Source: Chrysomallon squamiferum (lineage: Eukaryota > Animalia > Mollusca). Taken from it: a DNA stretch of 64,000 nt. The stretch spans positions 31,372,001 to 31,436,000 of the forward strand of contig CM022670.1 in NCBI GenBank assembly GCA_012295275.1, in the 5' to 3' direction. Under the pieces are notes generated by a model. The model ran no database searches, was not told the DNA's origin, and saw nothing but the letters and a program-made list of their open reading frames with translations. Shown piece after piece: positions 1-12,643 of the stretch (position 1 is its first letter; every line of letters starts with the position of its first letter). Both the position numbers and the translations under genes were made by a program.

Positions 1-542
1 ATGAAAAAGTTGTTGAATTGCAATATCTTTTTTTTCCTTTTTCCATTTTAGAAATGCTTTAACATTATCTGTCGTTCACACGTTACACCTCAAATTAATT
101 TTCGCTTATCTTTTCATAAATCGGAAATTGTAATACATTTACTGACCATGACCTAAATAGAGGTAAAAAAAAATTCTGAACAATATCGAATACTCGTCAT
201 TAAAAACAGTTTAATCACCCAACAGAGTCGATTATTCCATGTACATCAAAACAATTTAATATTAATTAAAGAGGTCACCGTCAGCAGATGAAATTTTGTA
301 AACTGATTTGAAATAATTTTCTCTTCAGGAAAAATAATAAACACAACTAAAAAAAAATAACAAAAATTAAAGTTTCTGCATTAAAATAATATTTTATTGA
401 AAACAAAAATAAAACAAGATTTTTGACGATAATAAATAATTTAATTTAGCAGAGAAATAAATAAATAATATATATTTCAGTTCATGGAAAAGTCCGTTCA
501 ATTTTCGCATTATCTAGTTTCTGTGGTGACAAGTTCCATCCC

Positions 543-575
543 TCACATAGGTACAGCTCCACTGAACCAATAGTT
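543..575 (-). CDS. apolpp: apolipophorin exon 28 (terminal, NYWFSGAVPM*)
   Basis: Acceptor atatttcag, phase 0, TGA at 543-545; AATAAA downstream on the minus strand near 393-398. Confidence 0.65.
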   Translation of the reverse strand, partial: NYWFSGAVPM

Positions 576-866
576 CTGAAATATTTAAACGGATTTTTTA
601 AATTAATTTTGAATTTATTGAAGAAAAGCTGTTAATTATGGGGAAAATATCAAACTGTGCCTGTATTTTATTTAAGACTTGTTTACAACTGAATTTGTTA
701 GTTGATAGTTTTAAGATTTAATTACATTCCAAAGATGCTAATGTATTTAATTAGTTATGCGTCGTGTATGTGTTTATGTCTGTGTTCATCAACAAAAACA
801 TTTATCCATATGCTTATATCTTTTAAAATAAATATGTATCTTTTATTGTATATAGAAAAGTATATG

Positions 867-938
<72 letters not shown>

Positions 939-1497
939 ATTACATCGATAAGAGAATGATACAGGAGGTTTTATATTTTATTTACATTTCACTCTACAAA
1001 ATATTACGATAAAATTCTAAAGCTCATTTTTTAAATTACGTTTTATACTTTGTAATAGTAAAGATGACAGCTAGAAACAATAAAATTCATTTGGAAATTT
1101 ACTTAATATAATTAGGTAACTTGTATTTAGCAAATGTATTTTGAAGAAGTTTTCGTTACCTTGTAAGGTTGACTGTAATTGCTTCCCCTGACGGAAGGAG
1201 CATACTAAAACAAAACAAAACAAAATAAACATTGTAAAGAGTATTATTAATGTATTCCTTACATAAAAAATTAATTATCCCTAGATTTGTTACACTTACT
1301 TAAACTAAAATACTGAATTCTTCTTTAAGTGAAAACGAAACAATGATAGACTTTAAAAACAGTTTTAATATTTCTTGTTTCTTAACAGCGATTCTAGTAG
1401 TAGTAGTAGTAGTAGCAGACATAGTAGCAGGGGTATCAGAATTGTTATTATTGTTGTTCTTTATTTTATTTTATTTTATGTAAATATTTATTTATTC

Positions 1498-1534
<37 letters not shown>

Positions 1535-4500
1535 TTTTTCATTCGTTTGAAGGTCTTTTAAAAAGTAAACGTTCTGGTTCTGTAAAAGAAGCCAGTCAGC
1601 GACTTTCCTCTCGTCATCTGAGTAATCCCTAATCGTAATTCATATTTCCACAATTACTCCGTAAGCCACGCCCCCTTAGTTACTGTAACTATATCCCACA
1701 AGCTAACATCCAAAATGGCGAAATCGGAAAGTATTCCAGATGATGTGTCGGTTTCGTATCTTCCCGAGAGCTCGAGCCTTTCCAGAAAAGCACAAGAGAA
1801 TGGTTTAAATTATTTTATGCAATATATAAAAATTTCGGACGAATATAAAAAAGTGGGAACAGCGTGTTTCCTCTCTAGATATAGTGTGGTCCTTAACTAT
1901 ATATATCCGACACCATATAATCGTAAATAAAATGTGTGGAGTGTGTCATCATATATAAGATTTGTTTCTTCGTTATTTCTGTTCAATGGCTACGCGTGGC
2001 CATATATGTTATTCATATTTAGGAAATTCGTATATAGCTAAATATCAGCTGTTTGATTTAGTATTATTTTAAAACATTTTCATGCTTATAAATGACTGTC
2101 TTTTCGAGAGTATGGTCGTCCGCAAAGTCGAATAATCCATTTTAAATATTTTTCTCATTATGTTTTCGGTTTCGGAAAGGTATAAATGTCAAATGCTGTC
2201 CACTTTCGTATCGTTCATCCGATCTGCATCTCCCCCAGGTACATCGCTTTACCATTGTGCCTATGAATAACGCTTTCTAACAAAAGAAGTATTAAACTTT
2301 GCTGAACAACTAAACTAAACAATGATCAACATAAATACACCGCTTTTGAGACAATATGGCGGCCGAAAAACCCACATTATAGGTGTCTGGAAATAGCGCG
2401 CTTTGATTGGTTGAAGTTCCGAAGCGATTTGACACTTGTGGAAACTAGAAGTATTTTCGACGCCACGTAACAATAAATAAAATAAGCTGAGTACGAGGTT
2501 TAATAAAATATTTCCGCACTTCCCTCCTTATAACCGTATAATTAATTTGAAGATAAACTTTATTTTATCATTTAATTAGGATTCCTAATTAATTACAAAT
2601 ACTTACACTGCCGTAGAACTGTCTGATGGCTGATACGTCAGGAACATATCGGTGGAATTTATGTTTGGTTCTGTTTATATATGGAACTATGTCTGGCAGC
2701 ACGTCGAGAGATTTCACTGGGAATGGCAAGTAGATCTCAAACTGGATTTCTCCATGTACAGGATCGAACACTACAAGTCTGGATTCTCGCAAAACTTCAG
2801 TTAGTGAAAATTCCCTGGCCACTTCTTCCATGATGATTTCTTTAATTATTGTCACAATCTCTCTGGCGTATTTTTCAATGTTGTCTTCAACATTCCAGTA
2901 GTTGTAAGCCCAAACTCCCTAAAGAATAATTATTTAATTAATAAACCAAAATAAAATAAACGATAATGGTTTGAACACTTTTTTCTTAAATAAATAAAGA
3001 TAGAAAGGGAATAAATCATTAGCGAATTAAATTTTAATGCTGTGAAACTGTTACTGTCCACAGTATTTAAAAATTGAACTATAAACTCAACATAAGTCTA
3101 GTAAATAATTCACAATGTTAAAAGTATTTAATTTTTCAATGTGAAAATATTGATTTATTTGATATTTACCTGTTGGTAAGCTTCACTGGCCATGTTATGG
3201 ATGTGTCTGATGTCTGCGTCTGTAATCACGTGGGCCATCTGTCTGTTGATGAAATTTCTTGTGCCTGTCATAACAGTATTGTAGTGTCCTGGCAGTCCCG
3301 AAACTCTGATGCCATTGGTAATGCTGTCAGCCATGGAATTCATGTAACTATTGTAGGTATGCCATGGGTGACCCATCCAGGAATCCATGTAGTCTGAATA
3401 TCAAGAAAAAATTATAAATTAGATGAAAAGACCTCACAATAAAATATGGCCTCGATCAATTTCATTTCAGTTATTGCACAACATTATTCTCTGTTAGAAC
3501 TTGTTAAATAAGACCTGTACAACTTTCAGTAGCTTAGTGTCCACCAAATCTTAATGCGGCTTTGGAAATATCTACGTGTTAAGTTTTTTCACCCTTACTT
3601 TGAGAAAGCCTTAAATAGTTAACCTTATGAAAACAGAAAGAGAACAGGCCTGAAATATTCAGACATATTTGTTTTAAACAATATTATCACAAAAGAAAAG
3701 TTTGAATGAATAATGAAATAAAAACTTACGAGTTGCTTGATGTGTAATCCAGTTCATGTGTCTGTTGTAACCATGTCTGGCTTCAACGGCGGCTTCATCA
3801 ATCCTATCAATCATTTCGATTGCCATCGAAACACCTTCGTTGACCATTTGCTAAATTATAACAGTAATACAATACATTATTTATTTTATCATAATTTTTT
3901 TCAATGATTGTCTAATTTAAAATAATAATAATAATAATAATAATAATTAAATTATTTATCAACATGTCATGTTAATCATATATATTTGGCTTGGTATTTA
4001 AATATTTTAAATTAACTGACTTTAATGCCATTATTTACCAGTGATATTTTAGAAATTTTGATGGTGTTGTCGATGTTGCTGTTGTAACTGTGACGGTTAT
4101 TTTTCTCGTAAATACTGGCATGTTATTCTATACAACTATTATTTAATACTAAATGACGAGTTTTAAATTTACCTCAATAGCCAAAACGTAGTTCTGTACC
4201 CAGCTCATATATTTCTCTTTAATCGGATATGATTTCAGTGTTTCCAGAATATTTCTAAGTCCTCCTTTCACATTGTAAAGAGCATCCATATACCTCATGA
4301 TAAGATCGTCATACACGTTTCTAAAATAAAATATTAAACAGTTAGTATGTATTATAAGAGAGTTTTATTTATCACTTCTCTCTCTTTATTTCTTCCTTTC
4401 TTAATTTTTTTTGTTTTTGATTTGTTTTTGGTATTTGTGTTTCTGTGTGTGTTCTTGATTTTTTCTTGATTTTTTTAAATTACATTTTAATTTATTTTTA

Positions 4501-6604
4501 TGTATATATTTATTTATTTATTTGCATAATAACATTTATTTCATTTTAAAAATATACCTAGCATAATAAGACACATTCATGATCATCGTTGTCATCGTTA
4601 CTATTATTATTATCATAATCATCATCTTCATCACCATTATGGTTATTATTATTAATTTTTTTTTTTTTTTTTTTTACGCGCTGAATGTATAAAGATTTTA
4701 CTTACACTGGCACCCAGACTGTTTTTCCGATGGTGTGCATGTAATAGTCGTTTCTGTTGTACATGGCCTTAATCTCCGCATTTATATATTTGAGCTGATG
4801 CAGTAAAACAGTTGTTTCACGTTCAATGATGCGTAAAAGTGGTCCTGCTTCATTTTCAATGTGGTCCAGCGTTACTTGATATCTAGCTTCGATCTCATCG
4901 CCAACGGCAGAGGTTATTCCTTTGGTGGCGGAAACAATTTCTTGTTCAATATTCTGAATCTTGGTTTTCATGAAGTCCTGTAAGTAGAGAGTATGTAAAG
5001 TTTTGGTTGTGTCTTGTATTACAAAAATATAATAAAATGTAAAACAGAAATATGTTACGTGAAACTTTTAATCGTCCAGTAAAAATACCAAAATAATAAA
5101 TGGAATTACGTAAGTATGGATCAATAAAAGCTGTAAAAAATCGAAATAGAATCAAATTATGGACTGTTAAAAATAACTCTTTTTTTTATTTTATTTTATT
5201 TTTTTTTTCCCACACATTCAGACTTTTCAAAAACCTCAGCAAGATTAAGACAACTGTGAGATTATGGCATTATTATAATTACATAACTTTTAGTACATAA
5301 CAAACCTGGATGTGGGTTAGAAGCTGTGGCTGCCACATGATACGAGTGTGCAGAAGTCGAGATGTGTTTAGTGTCAAGCTAATGAGTGCATCATTGTGTT
5401 CACGGTAATTCACCAAATGAGCGATCTCGGCCTGAATGGTTTTGCTGTCCAAGTATCTGCCAATGATCTCGATCTTTCTGTCTGGATTTTCTTTTAAATA
5501 AATAAATATATTAGCTCAGTGTATTTAGTTACTGCTTCATCAGTTGTTTTATGATATTATATTGAGCTTTTGATTTGCATTTATTCTTTTCATTTGTACC
5601 TTTTTTTTTTTTTTTTTTTTTTTAGCATTTTCAAAGGCACTTTATCTTTTCATTTGAGAAGCACTGGTATCAAATATTCCATTCCAAGCCACAACAAAGA
5701 AAAACCCAGTATTTCAGTTAATTATAACAAAACTATTTAATAAATTCTGAACATACCAACGTCATAATTCGTCTGGATATCAAAATGTTTTCTTGTTGGG
5801 TCAACAGTTATGGCCGATTTTATGACTTTCCAGTTATTGAACCTGTTGACAACCTCCATTTTCAGAGGATTGGTACTCATTACCTGTCCATCTGTTTCTA
5901 ATGTGATAATGGGACTGACCACCTACAGCAAAGTTTATATAAAAGATTATAAAAATCAGAGTTGTAAATTCAAACATAATTTCTTAATTTATATGATGGC
6001 TGCATTAGAAATTATATGTTGTATGTTAGATGTATCGTCTTCAAATTCTTCTATATTCTGTCATTAGAATAATATCACCCCACCCCTAAAATTCAATAAT
6101 AAATGATTTACAACATACCGCTAGATTTATCTGGTTTCTCAGTCTGTTGATTTCTGCACGAAGAGCCAGATTCATGTTTTCACGTCTTGTCGTTAGATAT
6201 TTAACATCCACCATTGCAGAATATATTTCTCTTGACTGGCCGATATTTCCGGACAGTCTGCAGTCTAGATCTGTATACGGGTGCATTACGCCCATGAAAA
6301 TGCTGTAGTTACTTGATCCGTATCCAGCCGATATGTCCTCGACTTTTGACGTCAGTGTGAGTGTTTTTCTGGTATCCAAGGAGTAAGAAAATTCAGTCTG
6401 ACCGCTGAAGATTGTTCGTCCTTCGTTTATCACCATTTTAGTTCCGATGGTGACATCCTGTAAAATTGTTAAAGTAGTTATTTAACTTGATCAGACAGAC
6501 GTATTTCTTAATAATTAGATATTTATAGAATAAAATCAAACCAAAAAAAAAATTTCATAATGATTCTTAAACCGTCAATAATAAAAATAATAATAATAAT
6601 AAAA

Positions 6605-6669
<65 letters not shown>

Positions 6670-6688
6670 CATAATCATAATCATAATA

Positions 6689-6720
<32 letters not shown>

Positions 6721-9700
6721 AAAATGAATCTTACTTTTCCAACAGATGGTAAACGGAATGTTACGTCAGCTTTGCTCTCAGATGGTATGAGGATTGCTTT
6801 AACACCAATCTCCCTGGTATGGTCATTGTCGGCGTCCCAGAAGAATGATCCACCCAACGCTTTCGTTCTTTGGTCGTTTTCATATGATCCAGTCATTTGT
6901 AGACTTCTTCCTGGAAAGCCAAACTTTAGTGAGCTGTCATACATGGTGTTGTATGGTCTGCTGCGGTCATTTAGACTGACGTCATAAAATAGTTTGTGTC
7001 CCGCGTCTTCATTCCAGGTAATTTCGCCTGTGCTGCTGGAATGTCGAGCGTTATTCTTTACAGATCCAGAAATTCCCATGGTGCGCAATGGATGAATCAT
7101 TTTGACATTGAATATATTGTTAAGGCCACCAGTGTCTCTTCTGTATTCGGTCTGAAACCTGACGTTGCTGTTTGGTTCATCTTTGTTCCAGTTCAGCATC
7201 ATGTCTCCATCAAAATTGCTGCCGGTATTATGGCCAGAAACGGTGAAATGCATCGGATAAGGATAGCGAAAGATGATCGATCCCATGTGACGAGTGTTCA
7301 TTGTATATTCAATCTCAGAGTCAAGGAATGTCTGTCCGTTTCTCTCTGCTTCAATCTTTTGTGTAAATTTGCCTGGTTCAGTAGCAGTTTCTAGTTTCAT
7401 TGACAGCTGTTTAGCTATACCGAAAGGTGTGGTTGCTTCGAAAGCAACTAATATTTCTTTTCTGCCCCAGTTGTTCAGCGTTCCAAAAGATGCATCAATA
7501 ACGATTTCTCTCTTTGATGCCCACATTATTTCATTGTGAATTTTGTAGTTTCCGTTCCTGTGAGAAGTCGTAGTCAGCAATTTCAAATGTCGCAAGCTGG
7601 GTAGTTTGCTATTGAACAATATAGACCCATCAAAATCAAACAGAGAGGTAAATTGTAAAGATGCTTGTGCTCTCAAAGAATTTGTGTATGGAGATTTGAA
7701 GTGAATAGTTGACTTGAAATCTTTCCATGTTCCTCTGTGCGTCAGACGTAACTCTGTATTTTCAAAGTTTTCAATCGGTGTTGTAATCTGAACGACTGCT
7801 GTCATTGGGGTAACAGAGAGATCGACCGTTGAACTGAATGCAATCTTATATGCTCCGCCAATATCCATTACTGTTGTGACTTCGTATTTTCTCCGCTCGC
7901 TGACAAACTCTCCAGTAACAGAAATATCTTCATATCCTGAAAACGGAGTGTGTACGTTTACTTCAAACCTCACAGCTGGAACTGTAGATACTTTGACATT
8001 GCTTGAAACTGTTCTTCCAGTTGCATATGTTATGTGAGCACTGCCTGTCACGGTGCCATCCTGGATGTGATGACTGTAGGATGCCTTTGTTGATTCGTAA
8101 CCAGTGAATGGAGTTGTCATTTCCACAGCGCTTCTCAGTACTCGCCAGCTGTTGTAGATGTGATTGAGTTTTCCAGATATGATTGTGTCATTCATAGACG
8201 TCAGCGTGAATTCGACGTCAATCGTGTGCTCGCCTGTTCTAAAGTCTACTGTGAGTTCTACATGTTTCAACATGTCAATAGGTGTTTTAATCGTGACTTG
8301 ACCATGGAATCCACCTGTTGTCCTCATTAATGTGGCGATTTCAAAGACATTGTTATCAAAATTCACGGTAATTGTAACGTCTTTTTCGGCACCATTATTA
8401 TTTGCATGAATGTTAAAAACTGCCCTTTTGTGTATGTTCTCCATTCTGTACATAGCTTCACATTCGATGATTAAGGATGTTGATCTTACGTGTGCATTTA
8501 CTGTCATCTCTATATTATTTGCGCTTCCAATTGATCCAGAAAGTTTGGCGATAAACTGAGAGGGGCTGATGGTTTGCTCCACGTTCAAAACTATGTTTTC
8601 TGTGTATGGGTTTTTGATAATTACTTCCACAGTCTGAATGTGTTTCACAATACCATATAGCGATGTCATGCCTGTGATGGCTTCGTTGTACTTCACGACA
8701 ACATTGATTTCGACTGTCTGCTGATCAACAGTCATAACAGCAATCATTTGTTTGTGCATATCGTCTACGTTCATTTTAAGGTCGAAGGCGATTTTTGTAG
8801 CTGTATCATAATGCTGGAATTGAGCTTCAAAGTTAACAGACGTAGTATCACCCTGGGCTGTTCCTGTCAGCATGGCTAAGCCTTTTATTTCCTGTCCAAT
8901 TGATCCCCAAACTTTCCTGACAAATTTTGCACGATGGGTGACGTTTTCGATGTTCAAGACAATATCGCTCAAGAATGAAGTCTTGATGCTGACTGACATT
9001 GTTTTAATAAAATGAAGAAGATCTATATTTTCAAGACTGTAAAAAGGCATGCTCATGATCAAGCTTTCTTCTGTCATCGTCATCTTTGCACTAATTTTAA
9101 TCATTTCATTGTTGTAACCACCAATGATATCGATCTGCATTTCTGGTTCAAGCATCTTTCCAGTTACACTGAAGATGATGTTTCCTCGCATGTGTTCAAT
9201 TATGTAATCTCCTTTGATTTCAGCTGTAATCATTGTGGACACCTTCCTAAGAGTAGTCGTGCAAGTAACTTCAAATATTTGTCCAACAGCTGCACGAACA
9301 TTTCCACTGAATGCGTTCATCTCGTTTCTGTAATCAAAATGTAAAACAGCGTGGTCGATAAAAGGATGAACGTCGACGACAATGTCTGCAGAATTGGCAG
9401 TCCATGTTATTTTCATATCACCTTCAATACGTTCGTAACCTGCATATGTGGCTTCTATGTGAGTTTGGATTAGCTGATTTCTCCATGTTTGTTCCAGAAA
9501 AACTCTCATGTGCTCTGCGTTGGCAAATGGGGTCTTGATCAGAATATCAAGGCTAAACGGCTGTGTTAGTCTCAAGGTTGTATCAACGGTTATAACACGA
9601 CGAGGAGAATATTCAGTTTCGAACAAAGTGTGCCAGCCATTAGTTGTTGCTTCACTCACCATACTGGTCTGAAAATACGGGAAACTTACAAAAGGTGTTT

Positions 9701-12548
9701 CAATTCGTAGTTTGGCCTGAATGTTCGAGAGGTAGTTCCATTGTAAAATTCCTTTCATCGTGCCAAAGATGGGAGAAATTGTAATTTCACTTCGGCTTGT
9801 GAAGTCGTGTAGAGTTCCAATAAATTCTACGTCTGCCTCAATTTCTCTGAAATCTTGGAATGGTGTTCTCAGTTTCGCCCAGACTTTAATTGTATGTTCC
9901 AGCTGAATTCGGGTTTCAAATTCGATGGTATTTCTTGTACCATATTCCACACTGCCACTGGTGATCATTACAAATCCTTCTTGTTTTTGTGAACCTCTGA
10001 TTACTATGTTTGGAATAATAGTGTATGGTGTGATAACCCGTAGTTCTCCGTTCATATTTGTTAGTGACATTGCGTTCAGACGTCCATCAGCAATGATTTT
10101 CCTGCCAGGGGACCACTGGAATTCAGCATGTGCAGTCATCGGATGTCGGCTTGTCTGGGTTGTTACTTTTCCTATTATGTCCTCCATCCAAGGAGTAGAA
10201 ACAGTTATGTCACACTCTATGCCGTCTGGTAATGAGATGTAGTTTATGTTGGTCTTAATCACTGTTACCCCATTGTGAATGTAATGCATTCGATTGTGAA
10301 CAAGTCCAGATCCAAGTTCGTTACTTAGACTCATATCTACATTTCTCACGATTTCCCAAGGTGTTCTAATATTCATGCTTCCTGAGGTTTTTGTAGTGGC
10401 AGAGGAGAGGTGATTTCCTTCCAAATCAAACTGCAGAATTTGACCATTTCCCCAGTCGGAGTTAAAAACTGTTCTGGCGGATCTGCCTGTGTTAAAATGA
10501 TTCCAGTTATTTGTCATTGTAAAGTATGGTCCAGCCAAAACATGAAGCTTTCCACTGTTCTGAATATTGATTCCCTTTCTTTGGTGATACATGTCCATCT
10601 TCCATATGTACTGTTCCCCGTTCATTTCGAGAATAATATCACTTTCCAGCTTGTTCTGCTCGGCGTGGCTTATTATTTTGAAAAGGACGGCCTCTACACC
10701 ACGAATATTCGTTTTTAGATTTGCGCTTCCTTCAATGTTTGTAATCCCGAAATTTCCAACGTTTTGGCCGGTAATTATGAGCTGAACGTTTTTTCTGTCG
10801 AGAGATGCTTTAATTTCTGTTTTCAGGTTTGTGTTCATTCTGTGCATGACGCCAACATTCATCTTTTGGAAATTCTTCCATGGGGTCGTTCCACTGAAAC
10901 TAAAATCTAGATACCGCAGAGATATAGGTTTACTGATTGTTACGGCTGCTGTGATTTCTTTCACTTTTCTATCCCAGAAAATATTTGCTTTGGTTGAAAT
11001 GTGTCTAACTGTGTTTTCTGCAGTCACATCAACAGATATATCTCTAATACCTCTGAACGGGGTGTGCATGGAGATAGTAACACGAGTCATGCCTTCGCCC
11101 ATTACACTCGGAGGTATGATGGTTGCATCGATGACGATCTGTTTGTGTGGCAACCATGAGAACTCGGCGTGCGTCACATAGTTGGTATCAGCGTTGTTTT
11201 TCAGTATCAGCTGCAGTGTTCGAGACGGATATTTCAGAATAAAAGATGAATCTATTCTGGAAATAGATGGAATATCCATTTTGCCGAACAACATCAGTCT
11301 TTGTTTCTTGTCTCTGTCTGCATCCCATTTCGTGTCGATCTTTCCAGTAAAGAGTGATCCATTGCGTTCGCCTTCAATTTCCATTTCTATGTGTCGTGAC
11401 GGGTAGCTGATATCCATAGACCATTTGCCCTTAGATCCATCTGCGTATTTGTACTTAGTAGTCAAAGCATAGGCATCGTTGTCATGGTCAATGTGTCCAG
11501 AGAGCTTCAGATCATTCGGATCAAGATCGGTCATTCCAATAAATCTGATTGGCTTCACAAATGGCAGAACAATGTCACTTTTAATTGAATGTGAGGTCTT
11601 CGATGGTCGTTTGTAGCTGGTGCTGATGATGTATTTCGACTTATCGAATTTGAAGTTGACGTTGTGGTTGTATTCTCGGTGAGATGGCTGCGTCAGGTCA
11701 GAACTGATGAAGACAGTGTTGCCTGGGTAAGCTAGAGACAAATCACCAAACATCTTGGCCAGCTTTTTAGTGCTGTCGTCCTTCAGATTAAGAGCAGCTT
11801 TGACCATATGTTTTTTGCCGTATTTCATATCAATGGCAGACGTCAGATATTTCTTATCCTGTTTGTGGTCTGCTTTGACAGAGAAGTCGATGCCCTGCGA
11901 ATTAGATAATAATATTTATTAAATTAAAAGAAGAAGACGATATTGTGTGTTTCATATTTTATTTAGATATATTCATTTAAGTTTTTATTCTAATACTTTA
12001 GTCGCAACTGAATCGTGTCAAAAGTATATTTAATAAACTCCAAACAGCAATTAAAGCTGATTCACTAATCAGTTAAAATTAGAATTTCTAAACACTGATA
12101 CAAATATTAAATATTTTACCAGAATAAAAATACTAATACTTTTGTCAACTTGACAACAATTCGAAGGAAATATTGTACTATTTCAGTAACTAACTATAAA
12201 TGTAAAGATAAAATGTATGTTCTTACATGCGCAGTAGATTTGCCTTTCATGTCATATTCAAAGGACGCTTGGTTTCCTTTGATTCTGTGGGTAAGACTTG
12301 CCGAACCAGAAATCTTATGAGAATTTCCATATTTAATTGTAGCTCCAATGCCAGTAAATTTTGACCTGCTGTGGCTTAAGTCCATGTCTGCTTGGAAATT
12401 CAGATATGGCGTAGTTTTGGAATCCATGTTTCTGGAATTAAATAAAGTATGCAAAATTAGATGTAATCATCAAACAATAAATACAGTTTAGATTTAGTTC
12501 TGTTGTTTAATTTTATACTAATATATCATTGCATTATTTTGTTTTTGT

Positions 12549-12643
<95 letters not shown>

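Noticed and set aside
702-959. Poly-Ile/Val ORF and similar low-complexity ORFs (14830, 24713-25226, 36675, 51496, 59286, 60128, 61126)
   Set aside because: Translations of microsatellites or T-rich tracts.
5917-5925. Gli-like GACCACCTA
   Set aside because: It overlaps an apolipophorin splice acceptor and codons, so it is explained by coding and splice constraint. It also shows that 8/9 matches arise by chance.
6724-11406. Multiple plus-strand ORFs of 64-132 aa
   Set aside because: Antisense shadows of the giant apolipophorin exon.
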